This document shows positions 1 through 9,773 of a DNA stretch of 64,000 nucleotides, piece by piece; position 1 is the first letter of the stretch, and each line of letters starts with the position of its first letter. The stretch is from positions 1-64,000 of the forward strand of contig JBDRQI010000036.1 in NCBI GenBank assembly GCA_043826355.1. Reading direction: 5' to 3'. Under the pieces are notes generated by a model. It did no database searches. It saw only the letters and a program-made list of their open reading frames with translations, and had not been told where the DNA came from. Both the position numbers and the translations under genes were made by a program. The DNA is from Candidatus Omnitrophota bacterium (lineage in GTDB: Bacteria > Ratteibacteria > UBA8468 > MWAK01).

Positions 1-179
1 ACATTAGCCGCTCCTTTGGTTGGTATAGAGTGGCTATATTCTACAGGCGAATTCAAGTCGTTTACGAATTCAATGGCATTCAATCCATTGCAGGACATAG
101 GTTTTCACCGTTTTGGTTTATAAACAACCGGACAGCAGTGATGGAGAATATGGAAAAATATGAAAAGCGGCAAGTGGAA

Positions 180-1799
180 TCATCCAGAAAGATTTGCCCA
201 GCCGGATGACTTGTACAGGTAGAGACCATCCAGTCCCCGGCATACGTCTCCGATTGACGGTTTCAATATTTCAAGGTCTTTCAGGGGCATGTCCATGGAA
301 CTGAACCGTAACTGAGAACCGTTGGAAACCGCGCACTCAAATACGGACCCACGATATGAGTTGCCGGCCGCATTGCAATGAACCTTGCCGCCGTTATGGA
401 CAACCACGAGTTTTCCGGCGTCCTCAATATCCCGCCGCAATATGGGACAATCCTGATGATCCGGTAACGCGGCCTTGCCGCCGCCGGAAACAGCCGCGGG
501 CGGACTACCGGTTTCCAGGAACATGCAGCTGTTGATGGATGCCCATAATTCTTCATTGACTGAATCCTGGTCGACGTTAATCACCGTGCACCGGGGGTTG
601 TTAAAAAAACAACCGTTTATTGTGACATCCTTCATGTTGCCCATGAGGTTTACCAGTACCTGGGGGTTCACCCCGGTTATCCTGCAGTTGTTGACGGAAA
701 TTCCCCAGGAGCCGGAGTTTCGCTCAGTGCCGGGATAGAATGGTCGGTGAGGGCCGCCGCCATATTCAGTCCACATCCAGCTGGGGACTATCCAGTTGGC
801 AACAATGTTTCCCGATTTTTCGAAGATGCAGTTGTCAAACGTCACGTTATACACGTTGGTCTGGTAGAAATCGCAGGGCTGGACAAAACGCCAGGATATT
901 TTGTCGGCACTCGTGACGATGCCGCTTTTATGGATTGGCGCCGCGGATGAAACAGCGGAAAAACAGGGGTCGTTGACAACCTGGTACAGGTTCCCCCTGT
1001 TGAGACAGAAATCGCCGCTGTCGTACCCGTTTCCTTTCCTGTAATCGGCCCAGGACCCGGTGTAGATAAGGCAGGTGCGGCCGAAGATATTCTTGTACTG
1101 ATGGTCGGTGACGTTGGAATAACAGACGTTACATACATCGCCGACTTCCAGAAGTGTCGATGGATAATCAGTGCCGCACAGGGACAACCCGTCATCATAG
1201 GTGGTCAAGTCCAGGTTTCGGATTATGGCGTCATGGCCGTTGTTCAGTTTTATGCCGTCTTTGTCCCCGGCCAGGCAGACATTTTCAATCAGCAGGTTTG
1301 ACCAGGTGACAATGTAGATGAGATACTGGCATTCTTTACCGTCGGCGCAGGTGAAATTTCTGATTGTCAGGTTTTTCACATAGAAAAAGCCCAGTTGGGC
1401 GCGCAGCCCATAGACCAGAGTCGGCATTGCTTCCTGGCCGTTTACCAATATTTCCAGACCGTCAATGGTGATGTTTTCGTTATACTCTTTCGTCAGAGCG
1501 CCCCGGTTAATCAGGACATTGCAGTATGGGGCAACCTTTCTGAATATAACACCGGGCACACAGATGAGCCTCGTGTTTGAATCAAGAAAGACGGTGTTGT
1601 TAAGGTCGTAGACCCCGGGTATATCTACGGTTACCATTCCGCCGCCGCTGAGTGCTGCCTGCAGTGCGGCGACATTTGTATCCGCACTTGACTGTGGCGA
1701 GAAACCGTAGCTCCCGGCATTTTTCCCGGCCTGCAGGATAGAAAAAGTTTTCGATCTGTCGCTGTTTTGTGAAAGCGATGATACTTGTCGAACAGACAT
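180..1799 (-). CDS. Right-handed parallel beta-helix (pectin lyase-like/GH28-like) protein
   Basis: 539 aa ORF; 'N..ALQAAL..GG.V....PGVY' N-terminal motif and repeating N-I-T-I/DG-I beta-helix coils. Confidence 0.65.
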   Translation of the reverse strand: MSVRQVSSLSQNSDRSKTFSILQAGKNAGSYGFSPQSSADTNVAALQAALSGGGMVTVDIPGVYDLNNTVFLDSNTRLICVPGVIFRKVAPYCNVLINRGALTKEYNENITIDGLEILVNGQEAMPTLVYGLRAQLGFFYVKNLTIRNFTCADGKECQYLIYIVTWSNLLIENVCLAGDKDGIKLNNGHDAIIRNLDLTTYDDGLSLCGTDYPSTLLEVGDVCNVCYSNVTDHQYKNIFGRTCLIYTGSWADYRKGNGYDSGDFCLNRGNLYQVVNDPCFSAVSSAAPIHKSGIVTSADKISWRFVQPCDFYQTNVYNVTFDNCIFEKSGNIVANWIVPSWMWTEYGGGPHRPFYPGTERNSGSWGISVNNCRITGVNPQVLVNLMGNMKDVTINGCFFNNPRCTVINVDQDSVNEELWASINSCMFLETGSPPAAVSGGGKAALPDHQDCPILRRDIEDAGKLVVVHNGGKVHCNAAGNSYRGSVFECAVSNGSQLRFSSMDMPLKDLEILKPSIGDVCRGLDGLYLYKSSGWANLSG

Positions 1800-1958
1800 T
1801 TTAAATCCTCCTGAAGATTGTTAACATCCCTCACAGAACCGGACTTGCAGCTTTCCCGCATCCGGCTCTTCGGGAATACATCCCTGCCAGAGCAGGGGAA
1901 AAAATAGCCTGTCCCCTTTTTCCCATGCCAAATATTTATGTTTAATTATAACACAAAC

Positions 1959-2753
1959 CTACCGGGGATTATGGCGCTCTTCGGCGGGGACGACAAATAC
2001 GTGCGGCTTGCCGGATACCGGATTGTCCGTTACCACCACGATGGTCCGATAAACCTCTTCGATGGTCTGGTAGGTTAAAACTTCTTTCGGGGAACCCGTG
2101 GATTGAACCCGGCCCTCCCGGAGCAGAATAAGACGGTCACAGTATTCTGCAGCCAGGTTCAGGTCGTGCAGGACCATCACAACCGTCAGAGAAAGTTCTT
2201 TGTTCAATCTTCTGATGAGGTCCAGAATGTATACCTGATGAGTTATATCCAGGTGGCTGGTCGGTTCGTCCAGAAAGAGCAGGGACGGCTCCTGAGACAG
2301 GGCGCGGGCAATCAGGGATAACTGCCGCTCTCCACCGCTCATCTCCTCCAGGAAACGGTCTTTCAGTCTCCAGGTGTCGGTCAACATCATCGCCTTTTGC
2401 GCCGCCTCAAGGTCCTTTTCCGTCTCAAAGAATTGAAACCTTTTAAAATAAGGCGTTCTCCCCAACAGAACAAATTCTTCCAATGTCACAAAACCGCCGG
2501 GCAAAGCCTGCGAAACAACCGCGGCGGTCTGCGCAAATTCCGGGAAATCCATCCGATCGACATCTTTACCTTTCAAAATGATTTCGCCCCGGCTGGGCTT
2601 GATAACCTTGGTAATCGCCCGCAGGAGCGTCGTCTTACCGGAACCGTTGGGCCCGATTATCCCAAGAACCTCCCCTTCCTTTACCTCAAAGGTAATATCC
2701 TGGAGGATAACCTTATTACCGTACCCGCCGGAAATATTATTGACTTGTAGCAT
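1959..2753 (-). CDS. btuD: Cobalamin/iron-complex ABC transporter ATP-binding protein (BtuD/FepC-like)
   Basis: Walker A GPNGSGKT, signature MSGGERQ, Walker B LFLDEPT, H-loop; downstream of B12 riboswitches. Confidence 0.85.
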   Translation of the reverse strand: MLQVNNISGGYGNKVILQDITFEVKEGEVLGIIGPNGSGKTTLLRAITKVIKPSRGEIILKGKDVDRMDFPEFAQTAAVVSQALPGGFVTLEEFVLLGRTPYFKRFQFFETEKDLEAAQKAMMLTDTWRLKDRFLEEMSGGERQLSLIARALSQEPSLLFLDEPTSHLDITHQVYILDLIRRLNKELSLTVVMVLHDLNLAAEYCDRLILLREGRVQSTGSPKEVLTYQTIEEVYRTIVVVTDNPVSGKPHVFVVPAEERHNPR

Positions 2754-2760
2754 ATTAATT

Positions 2761-2825
2761 CACCCTCACCTCGCCCTCCCATCCTAGCCAGAGGCAAGTG
2801 CGCCTTTGGCGCAAAGGGGGAGGAA
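2761..2825. repeat. REP-like palindromic element (CCCTCACC...CCCTCCC...GGGGGAGG type) with nested hairpin
   Basis: caccctcacctcgccctccc ... aaagggggagg with inner gcgcctttggcgc; resembles the insert inside alr. Confidence 0.5.
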
Positions 2826-2827
2826 TA

Positions 2828-3829
2828 TCATATTCGCCGTTTGCTGACAGCGTAAACAAAGAGCGTACCGCCCAGAATCCCCGTAATAACGCCGACCGGC
2901 AATTCCAGAGGCGCAATCACGGTTCGGGCTAGCGCATCGCAAAGAATCAGAAATATTGCGCCGGAAAGGAATGAACCGATAAGCAGTATCCGATGGTCTC
3001 CGCCCAGAAACATCCGGACGAAATGAGGCACCACCAGACCGACGAACCCGATAATGCCGGCCACCGAAACGGCAAAACCGGTAAGGATAGCGGCAAGGAT
3101 AAAGAGAATCCGCTTGCTCCGTTCCGTGTTTACGCCCAGGTGAAGCGCCTCTTCTTCGCCCAAACCGAACGCATTAAGGTCAAAGACAAAAAGATAGGAA
3201 ACAAGCAGACCAAGCACAGCCACAATCAGTTCGCTCTTCAGCAAGAGCCGGTTTGGTTCTTCCAGGGAACCCATCATCCAGAAAATTATCCCCTGCAGGT
3301 CTTCGGAACGCGAAAGCGCCATTAGCAACATCATCAGGGATGAGGAGATGAAACTGATCATAACGCCGGTGAGCAGGAAAGAATCGGTCCGGAGCGTTCC
3401 CTTTTTCACGGCCAGAAAATAGACCAGGAAAGAGACGATGACCGCACCCAGAAATCCGGAAACAGGCAGCGACAAAACTCCAAAATAATCAGACGTTCTG
3501 AAAACAATATTGAGAGCCACTCCCAGAGCGGCTCCGCCGGAAATTCCCAACGTGTAAGGTTCCACCAGTGGATTGCGAAACATTCCCTGCAGGATAACGC
3601 CGGCCAGACCAAGAGAACCGCCGACCGCAAAACCCATAAGAATTCGCGGCAGACGGATATCAAAAAGGATACTATATCCGGCGGCATTTCTGCCCTGTGT
3701 AATCGCGGAAAACAGACCGCGCAGCGTCACACCGCTGGAGCCGACGCCCAGCGAAAACAGACCGGCGGCCAGCAAAAGCAAAAACAAGAGAATCGTCCAG
3801 AAAAGCCAGGCAGCGAGTTTATTTTTCAT
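2828..3829 (-). CDS. btuC: Cobalamin/iron-complex ABC transporter permease (BtuC/FecCD)
   Basis: IRLPR, QGMFRNPLVEP, GIIGFVGLVVPH and ELPVGVIT motifs; multi-TM. Confidence 0.88.
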   Translation of the reverse strand: MKNKLAAWLFWTILLFLLLLAAGLFSLGVGSSGVTLRGLFSAITQGRNAAGYSILFDIRLPRILMGFAVGGSLGLAGVILQGMFRNPLVEPYTLGISGGAALGVALNIVFRTSDYFGVLSLPVSGFLGAVIVSFLVYFLAVKKGTLRTDSFLLTGVMISFISSSLMMLLMALSRSEDLQGIIFWMMGSLEEPNRLLLKSELIVAVLGLLVSYLFVFDLNAFGLGEEEALHLGVNTERSKRILFILAAILTGFAVSVAGIIGFVGLVVPHFVRMFLGGDHRILLIGSFLSGAIFLILCDALARTVIAPLELPVGVITGILGGTLFVYAVSKRRI

Positions 3830-4676
3830 GTTTTTCGGGATGCAAAAGCAAAGAAATTTCCTTCAGGGTTTCCACAAAACTCGGCGGCGTAGGACTGCAA
3901 ATCTTGTCCGGGTCTAAAACGTAAACCCGGTCATTTTTAATCGCGGACAAGTTCCAAAACTTTTGCCATACCTTCTTTTCCTGGTCCGCGACCACACCCA
4001 TGCTCACGACAATAATCACATCCGGGTTCTGCGCTACCACCTTCTCCCGGCTGTAAAGACCGCTCCTGGCCTCAGCCGCAATGTTAATTCCGCCGGCCCG
4101 CACGATAAAATCATTGACAAATGAGTCCCGGGTTACGGTGAAGAGCGGATTCGTGCCTATCTCCATAAAAACCCTTGGTTTGGTTATTCCTTTAACCTTC
4201 CCGGCTATTGAATCGATCTCTTTTTTCGCCTGCGCTACAATCTTTTGGGCTTTTTTTTCTCGATCCACCGCCTTTCCCAAAAAAAGAAACTGTTGGCAGA
4301 TTTCGTCGAAATTTTTGGCTTCCGGAAACACGACAACGTTTATCCCTAATTGCCGAAAATGTTCCTTTGCCCGACGGTCGGTCAGGGCGGTCGCCAGAAT
4401 AAGGTCCGGCTTCAGACTTACGATTTTTTCCACACTGACTTCCACCACCGTGCCAACTTTCTGTTTCTGTCTGGCGGCCTCCGGTCTGTTGCAATAAATG
4501 GTGCAGCCGACAAGTCTATCCTGAACACCCAGAAGGTAAATCGCCTCGGTCAGAGCCGGCCCAAGAGATATAATACGCTGGGGCAATAACACCAACTGGC
4601 CCTTGTTTACCTTCTTATCGGAACAACCGGGCATGAAAAATAGAACAGCAAGCAAGAAAATTAAGGTTCTTTTCAT
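3819..4676 (-). CDS. btuF: Cobalamin-binding lipoprotein (BtuF-like)
   Basis: Start re-assigned to ATG 4676 (MKRTLIF...MPGC lipobox); RIISLGPALTE, VEKIVSLKPDLI helical-backbone receptor motifs. Confidence 0.85.
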   Translation of the reverse strand: MKRTLIFLLAVLFFMPGCSDKKVNKGQLVLLPQRIISLGPALTEAIYLLGVQDRLVGCTIYCNRPEAARQKQKVGTVVEVSVEKIVSLKPDLILATALTDRRAKEHFRQLGINVVVFPEAKNFDEICQQFLFLGKAVDREKKAQKIVAQAKKEIDSIAGKVKGITKPRVFMEIGTNPLFTVTRDSFVNDFIVRAGGINIAAEARSGLYSREKVVAQNPDVIIVVSMGVVADQEKKVWQKFWNLSAIKNDRVYVLDPDKICSPTPPSFVETLKEISLLLHPEKHEK

Positions 4677-4677
4677 C

Positions 4678-5403
4678 CTACTCCAAATCGTACATACTGT
4701 CATCAGCGGAAAGGTCTGCCAGGTTTGGGTCGTAATCGCTCACATTATACTTTTTTCCGATTGCTTCCACGTGACCGTCGCAAAAAGCCACGTTGGCAAA
4801 CCCGTTATGCCGGAAATGGACCATTGGTCCCATTCCCCAGGATTGATTCTGTACCGGAGGCCGTAAATAGTTATTAGAGATTAATTCTGTGCCGGACCAA
4901 ATAGCGCTGTCACACACCAGAACGGTGGCTGACGGACTTTTTATCCTGCCTAACTTTACCGGTAACGGTAACCCTGCCGGATCTGTCAACTCCCAGGGCA
5001 CACCACCACCTAAATAGGTGATATTATACGCATAGCCGGTAAAAGGCCGGTCCAAGGATTTAAGCCCAAAACGGGATGGACATTCAAAAACTTTTCCGGT
5101 CAGGTAACTTCCCAGAAGCCCCGGTCCGTAAGTTGACCAGTCAGGAGCAGAAAAATCCCAGCTTATATCGAACGAACTCCAATCGTAAGCGAGGGGCAAA
5201 AAATCGTCGTTGTCCTGGGCATACATCATAAACGCCAGGGTCAATTGCCGCAAATTATTTATACAGACCGCCTGCCTTCCTTTTTCCCGCGCCTTGCTCA
5301 AGGCCGGCAGCAGCATCGCCGCCAAGATGGCGATAATCGCGATAACCACCAGCAATTCAATTAAAGTGAAGCCGTTTCTTTTTGCAACTTTCTTCTCTTC
5401 CAT
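4678..5403 (-). CDS. Prepilin-type N-terminal cleavage/methylation protein, DUF1559 / H-X9-DG family
   Basis: [25 protein letters not shown] class III signal, C.NNLRQL, C-terminal [15 protein letters not shown]. Confidence 0.9.
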   Translation of the reverse strand: MEEKKVAKRNGFTLIELLVVIAIIAILAAMLLPALSKAREKGRQAVCINNLRQLTLAFMMYAQDNDDFLPLAYDWSSFDISWDFSAPDWSTYGPGLLGSYLTGKVFECPSRFGLKSLDRPFTGYAYNITYLGGGVPWELTDPAGLPLPVKLGRIKSPSATVLVCDSAIWSGTELISNNYLRPPVQNQSWGMGPMVHFRHNGFANVAFCDGHVEAIGKKYNVSDYDPNLADLSADDSMYDLE

Positions 5404-5432
5404 CTTCTCCCTCCGCGAGAATACTTACCGAA

Positions 5433-5520
5433 GACAGGCAATGGACCGGGCTCAGCCACCGTTGGCTATTACCGTTGCGGGACAGCCGGGGGAATCTCAC
5501 CCCCATTTCCTTTGCCTATC
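5433..5520 (-). ncRNA. Cobalamin riboswitch, short (class II-like), probably translational
   Basis: Minus strand GATAGGCAA-AGGAAA-TGGGGGTGAGATTCCCCCGGCTGTCCCGCAACGGTAA...GAGCCCGG-TCCA-TTGCCTGTC; 9-bp closing helix; downstream hairpin TTCTC-GCGGAGG-GAGAA contains the RBS. Confidence 0.8.
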
Positions 5521-5546
5521 CGGTTGGTGCTTAATCTGGTTTCTGC

Positions 5547-6077
5547 TTAATACTCAATCCCTTTTCTTCCCTTAACTCCTGAATCGTATGGGTGTTTTAT
5601 CTTTTTTATCCCGCTAACTAAGTCTGCTTTTTCAATCATCCGTTTTGTAGCGTTGCGGCCAGTCAGAATCAATTCTAAATTTTCCGGCTTTTTTTCCAGA
5701 AGGCCAAGAATCTCGTTTTCTTCCAAAAATCCTTCACGCACAGAAATATTTATTTCATCCAATATGAGAATGTCATATTTTTTTTCCTGAAAGATTTTTT
5801 TGATGAACTTTACTCCTTTAAGGCATTCCCGGCGGATATCGCCCGGGTCTGTGTTTTTATCGAAATAAGGGTGTTTTTTCGCAAATCTATAAACATCTAC
5901 GCCAATTTTTTCCAAGGCGCCGTGTTCCCCGCATCCCCATTTTTCCGGGTCCTTATGAAAAGAAACGTAACAGACCTTTAAACCATGGCCCCGCGCCCGG
6001 CAGGCCAAGCCTATGGCAGCCGTGGTCTTGCCCTTGCCGTTACCGGTATAAATCTGGATAAGTCCCCTTTTTTTCAC
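5547..6077 (-). CDS. cobO: Cob(I)alamin adenosyltransferase (CobO/BtuR)
   Basis: GLIQIYTGNGKGKTTAAIG, ILDEI, LILTGR, KHPYD.G...RKGIEY; true start probably GTG 6077 after GAGG. Confidence 0.92.
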   Translation of the reverse strand: MKKRGLIQIYTGNGKGKTTAAIGLACRARGHGLKVCYVSFHKDPEKWGCGEHGALEKIGVDVYRFAKKHPYFDKNTDPGDIRRECLKGVKFIKKIFQEKKYDILILDEINISVREGFLEENEILGLLEKKPENLELILTGRNATKRMIEKADLVSGIKKIKHPYDSGVKGRKGIEY

Positions 6078-6099
6078 TTTTCCTCTATTAAAACTTAAA

Positions 6100-6137
6100 C
6101 AAAAAAATCCCCGGCAGGGAAAATCCCTGTCGGGGAT
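6100..6137 (-). terminator. Intrinsic terminator, expression platform of the upstream cobalamin riboswitch
   Basis: Minus strand ATCCCCGACAGGGA-TTT-TCCCTGCCGGGGAT followed by a T-run. Confidence 0.8.
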
Positions 6138-6191
6138 GCCGTTTTTCACCCCAAACCTCTTTCTAACCCCAAATTCACGAGGGTAAATCTC

Positions 6192-6362
6192 GGGTGAGCC
6201 GGTCTTCTGGCTTCCGGGCAAAAGGAAGTGTCACACCTCCCTTAAACCTACCGGCCGCGCCTTCCCGCCCCGTTAGGGGCAGTGGTCTTGATAGCGGCTT
6301 TCGTTCCCGGTTACAGCGGCGGGTCCGCGACGGATTTACACCGTCTTCCCAAACGTTCACCT
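6192..6362 (-). ncRNA. Cobalamin riboswitch, long (class I-like), transcription attenuator
   Basis: Minus strand GGGAA-GACGGTGTAAATCCGTC-GCGGACCCGCCGCTGTAA...CCACTG...GGGAAGG...AAGCCAGAAGACC B12 box. Confidence 0.93.
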
Positions 6363-6425
6363 TCTTACTTTTATATTTTACTCCATCCTACCCGGTAAAT
6401 GTCAAAACAAACGAACTTGTTCTTT

Positions 6426-7838
6426 TCACTGATGGTAATAAACATCCCAGCCGACATAATTATCCAGCGCTTCAAAAAGAATACCGGCAGAATTTGACTG
6501 ACTAATAGCCACGTGATGTTCAAACCCGTTCCGGCAAAGAAACTTCAACAGTTCCTGAAGTTTGTCTATCCGGGCAACGCCTACTCCGCCGAACGTATCC
6601 AGCTGGTTCCTGGTGATGACGCCTTCGCCGACACAACCGATAATCCGACCGAAAGTATCATCGCTGGAAAAACGGACATAAGTCATCGGGCCGGGCTTTA
6701 TCTTTCCGCTGCAGGTGCCGTAACTGTTTTCCAAACCGGCTCCCATCCGCGCCGCAATCTTATTGTAACCCATACAAACCGGGCCCAGCATGCTTTTAGG
6801 CGCGTTGCTGCAGTGGAAAAGGACCATTTTGTCCGGGTCGTCTTCATAGTTATTATTCCAGTCAAAAAGTCCGGCCGGCTTTCCCGAAGCAAGCTGCAGG
6901 GCGTACATCGCCACCGCACCCATCACGTCCACCTCGCAGGCGGCCGGAATAAATGCTTCGCTCATAATACTCATCAACGCGCAGGGGAAGATTTGAAGCG
7001 CATCCTGCAGGGCCGACCAGCACTGGATGGTATAAGCGTCAATTTCGTTCTCTTTGACCCACCGGTCGAGTGAAACACCCATCCTGGCCATCTTCAGGAG
7101 TGATTTTGAGGATATGTCCCGGGTGACGCAATAATCGGATAGAAGCTTTAATTTGGACTGAACTTTCGGGTCATTATCTTTTAATTTTCCGACGGCCGTT
7201 AAAATTTCGGACAGGTCAAGCGTCTCCACGGAAATACCGCTTGCCTCCAGGAGTTTTTCGCTGTAACGGACGGTCTTAAACGGGGTGGTCCGGGCCCCGA
7301 TCGCGCCGATCCGGGCGCCCTTCAACCCCTTTACAACCCGGCAAACCGCCAAAAACCAATCAAGGTCTTCTTTAAATTCTCCAGAATCAGGAACGCTGGT
7401 ATGCATCCGGGTAAGCGAGTATTGAATACCGTACTGACGCAGCACGTTGCAGGTCGAAAGTTTGCCGCAAAAACTGTCCCGGCGATACTCTACCGACATC
7501 TTCTTCAAATCGTCCGGATAGGCCTGTACCAGAACCGGCACGTTTAACTCCGATATCCGGACCGTATCGGCAATCGCCCGTTCATCCCCGAAATTGGGAA
7601 GCGAAACCAGGATGCCGTCAATCCTGTCCCGGTTCGCCCGGAAGAGCGCCGCACACTTTTTGGCTTCGGCGTGGTTTTCGATCGCCCCATATTTGGCTTC
7701 GCCTTTAGCGATAATTACAGCCTCAATACCCTGTTTTTTTAAAGCGACCGTAATCTCCTGCCGGCCCTTTTCGGCCAGCGAACCCGGGAAACAACCCCGG
7801 TTTCCGATAATTACGCCCAGCGTTCCCTTGCTCTCCAT
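6426..7838 (-). CDS. L-fucose/L-arabinose isomerase family protein
   Basis: SLPNFGDE, RRDSFCGK, ACEVD, LFHC, GFEHH motifs; ATG 7838 preceded by AGGAGG. Confidence 0.85.
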   Translation of the reverse strand: MESKGTLGVIIGNRGCFPGSLAEKGRQEITVALKKQGIEAVIIAKGEAKYGAIENHAEAKKCAALFRANRDRIDGILVSLPNFGDERAIADTVRISELNVPVLVQAYPDDLKKMSVEYRRDSFCGKLSTCNVLRQYGIQYSLTRMHTSVPDSGEFKEDLDWFLAVCRVVKGLKGARIGAIGARTTPFKTVRYSEKLLEASGISVETLDLSEILTAVGKLKDNDPKVQSKLKLLSDYCVTRDISSKSLLKMARMGVSLDRWVKENEIDAYTIQCWSALQDALQIFPCALMSIMSEAFIPAACEVDVMGAVAMYALQLASGKPAGLFDWNNNYEDDPDKMVLFHCSNAPKSMLGPVCMGYNKIAARMGAGLENSYGTCSGKIKPGPMTYVRFSSDDTFGRIIGCVGEGVITRNQLDTFGGVGVARIDKLQELLKFLCRNGFEHHVAISQSNSAGILFEALDNYVGWDVYYHQ

Positions 7839-7999
7839 CTGAACTTCCTCCTGTTTTGAAACTTTAAATTCCGGAATCAATCTTTAATTAATATACCACA
7901 AAAAAGAGAAATTCACATCTTACCTTTTGCCCTAAATAAAGATTTACGTTAAAATATTTAGGGTCTGTCTCTTTTAGATAAAATAAATCCTTACATGAC

Positions 8000-8737
8000 A
8001 TGAAAGCCTACATTCTGCTGGGAGGTCTGGGAACCAGGATGCGTCCCCTGACCAACCTGATTCCGAAACCGCTCCTGCCCCTGGCCGGAAAACCGTTCCT
8101 CTGGTACCAGTTGAAACTGCTGGAAAACTATAATGTCAAAGAGGTAGCGCTGGGTCTGGGTTATCGCAGCCAGAAATTCCAGGACGCATTGACCCGCCTG
8201 AAACCGCCGAAAATGAAAGTGGAGGTCGTGATTGAAGATAAACCTTTGGGCACCGGCGGCGCAGTTGCTCTCGCTTCGCCCCTTCTGACGGAAACAACCT
8301 TTATCTTTAACGGTGACGTGCTCACCGATCTGAATCTTTCGGCTATGGCCGACTTTCACCGCCGGAATCGAGCAACCGTCACCATCGCAACGGTCTGTGT
8401 TCCCGACCCGCAGCGCTACGGGTTCCTGATTACTTCCGGCGATAACCGGGTAAAGGAATTCCGCGAAAAACCAAAAGATTTGATTAAAAAATCCTGGATT
8501 AACGCCGGAATTTATCTCTTCGAACCGGAAATAATCGCCCAAATTCCAAACGGGATGGCTTATTCCTTGGAACGAGACTTTTTCCCGTTGCTGATTAAAA
8601 ACAAAGAAGCGTTCTTTGCTTACCGGCACACCGGATACTGGCTTGACATCGGAACCATCCTTACCTACCAGCAGGCAAAACAGGACATCAGCTGTGGCCA
8701 GTTTGCTTTTTTAAACGATAAAGCTTATAATAAATAG
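8000..8737 (+). CDS. NDP-sugar synthase / nucleotidyltransferase (mannose-1-phosphate guanylyltransferase-like)
   Basis: LLGGLGTRMRPLT..PKPLLP, EDKPLGTGGA, NGDV, INAGIY, WLDIG. Confidence 0.88.
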   Translation: MKAYILLGGLGTRMRPLTNLIPKPLLPLAGKPFLWYQLKLLENYNVKEVALGLGYRSQKFQDALTRLKPPKMKVEVVIEDKPLGTGGAVALASPLLTETTFIFNGDVLTDLNLSAMADFHRRNRATVTIATVCVPDPQRYGFLITSGDNRVKEFREKPKDLIKKSWINAGIYLFEPEIIAQIPNGMAYSLERDFFPLLIKNKEAFFAYRHTGYWLDIGTILTYQQAKQDISCGQFAFLNDKAYNK

Positions 8738-8759
8738 TTTAAGTTTCCGAACAGGAGTT

Positions 8760-8954
8760 GTGAAAATGACCGAATATGAAGCGCTTAAGGTTCTGGACAA
8801 GATTCCCCGGGAAATCAATATTTACCAGATGTTAGTGGAGCTATCGGAACGGGCTCACCAGACGGACAGGAACAGGCTTAATTTTCGAAAAACCGATCCG
8901 GTCAGCGAAGCGTTCCGGGAAGTACTGGAAAAACCTGAACCTTCCAACGAATAA
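8760..8954 (+). CDS. Small hypothetical protein
   Basis: 64 aa ORF, AGGAG upstream, co-oriented with neighbours. Confidence 0.5.
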   Translation: MKMTEYEALKVLDKIPREINIYQMLVELSERAHQTDRNRLNFRKTDPVSEAFREVLEKPEPSNE

Positions 8955-8989
8955 AATTACCGTGGTATCCAATTTACCCGTTTAGAAAT

Positions 8990-9013
8990 CGCAGGCTAAA
9001 GCCTGCGGCTACC
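8990..9013. repeat. GTAG-type REP (CGCAGGCTAAAGCCTGCGGCTACC)
   Basis: Same unit recurs at 14696 and 47162. Confidence 0.8.
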
Positions 9014-9023
9014 TTTAGTTTTC

Positions 9024-9764
9024 TTGATGAAACGGTCCCCGCTAAAGACTGTTCTGGGAATAACCCTTTTTATCCTGCTGTTAAGATCTGTTTCCTGGTG
9101 TGCCGAAAATATTGAAGACCTGGTTTTAAAAGGGTCATACCGGGATGCAATTCAAAAATATAGCGATAAAAACCTGGTCCCGGCTGAGAGTTATCTTCTG
9201 GGAATCTGTTACCGGGAATCCGGAGAAACTCGGAAAGCAGAAACTGTCTGGCAAAACCTTCTTTCCGGTCCGGAAAAAGAACGAAGCCTGCTGGCACTGG
9301 CACATCTGAAAAGTAAAGACGGCGCGCTGGCCGAAAGCGAAAAACTTTTCCGTCAGTTTTCCAGGGAGTTCCCAAACAGCCAGTACCAACCGTCCGCTCT
9401 ATTCGGTCTGGCCGAAGTACTACTGTCCCGAAAAAATAAACCTGAAGAACGACTGATTATCCTGAACCGCTTGCGCCGGCGTTATCCATTCAGCAGTGAA
9501 GCCGAAAAAACAATCCAGTTTCTGAACCGGGAATTGGGTCCCTATACCATTCAAATCGGTTCCTTTGTAGATTTGAACCGGGCGGAAAGAATAACCGAGG
9601 ACTTGAGTTCCAAAGGCTACGAAGCATACATTGCCCGGACATTTGACGGTTCCGTCAATTACCGGGTTCGTGTCGGAAATTTCAAAGATGAAAAAGCGGC
9701 GAAAAGCGCCGGTCAAATTTTAAAAAAGAATACCGTGATAGACGACTACTTTATCACTAAGTGA
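9024..9764 (+). CDS. Exported TPR + SPOR domain protein
   Basis: Signal peptide, TPR helices, C-terminal YTIQIGSF...YRVRVGNF SPOR. Confidence 0.85.
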   Translation: MMKRSPLKTVLGITLFILLLRSVSWCAENIEDLVLKGSYRDAIQKYSDKNLVPAESYLLGICYRESGETRKAETVWQNLLSGPEKERSLLALAHLKSKDGALAESEKLFRQFSREFPNSQYQPSALFGLAEVLLSRKNKPEERLIILNRLRRRYPFSSEAEKTIQFLNRELGPYTIQIGSFVDLNRAERITEDLSSKGYEAYIARTFDGSVNYRVRVGNFKDEKAAKSAGQILKKNTVIDDYFITK

Positions 9765-9773
9765 TAATTACAT

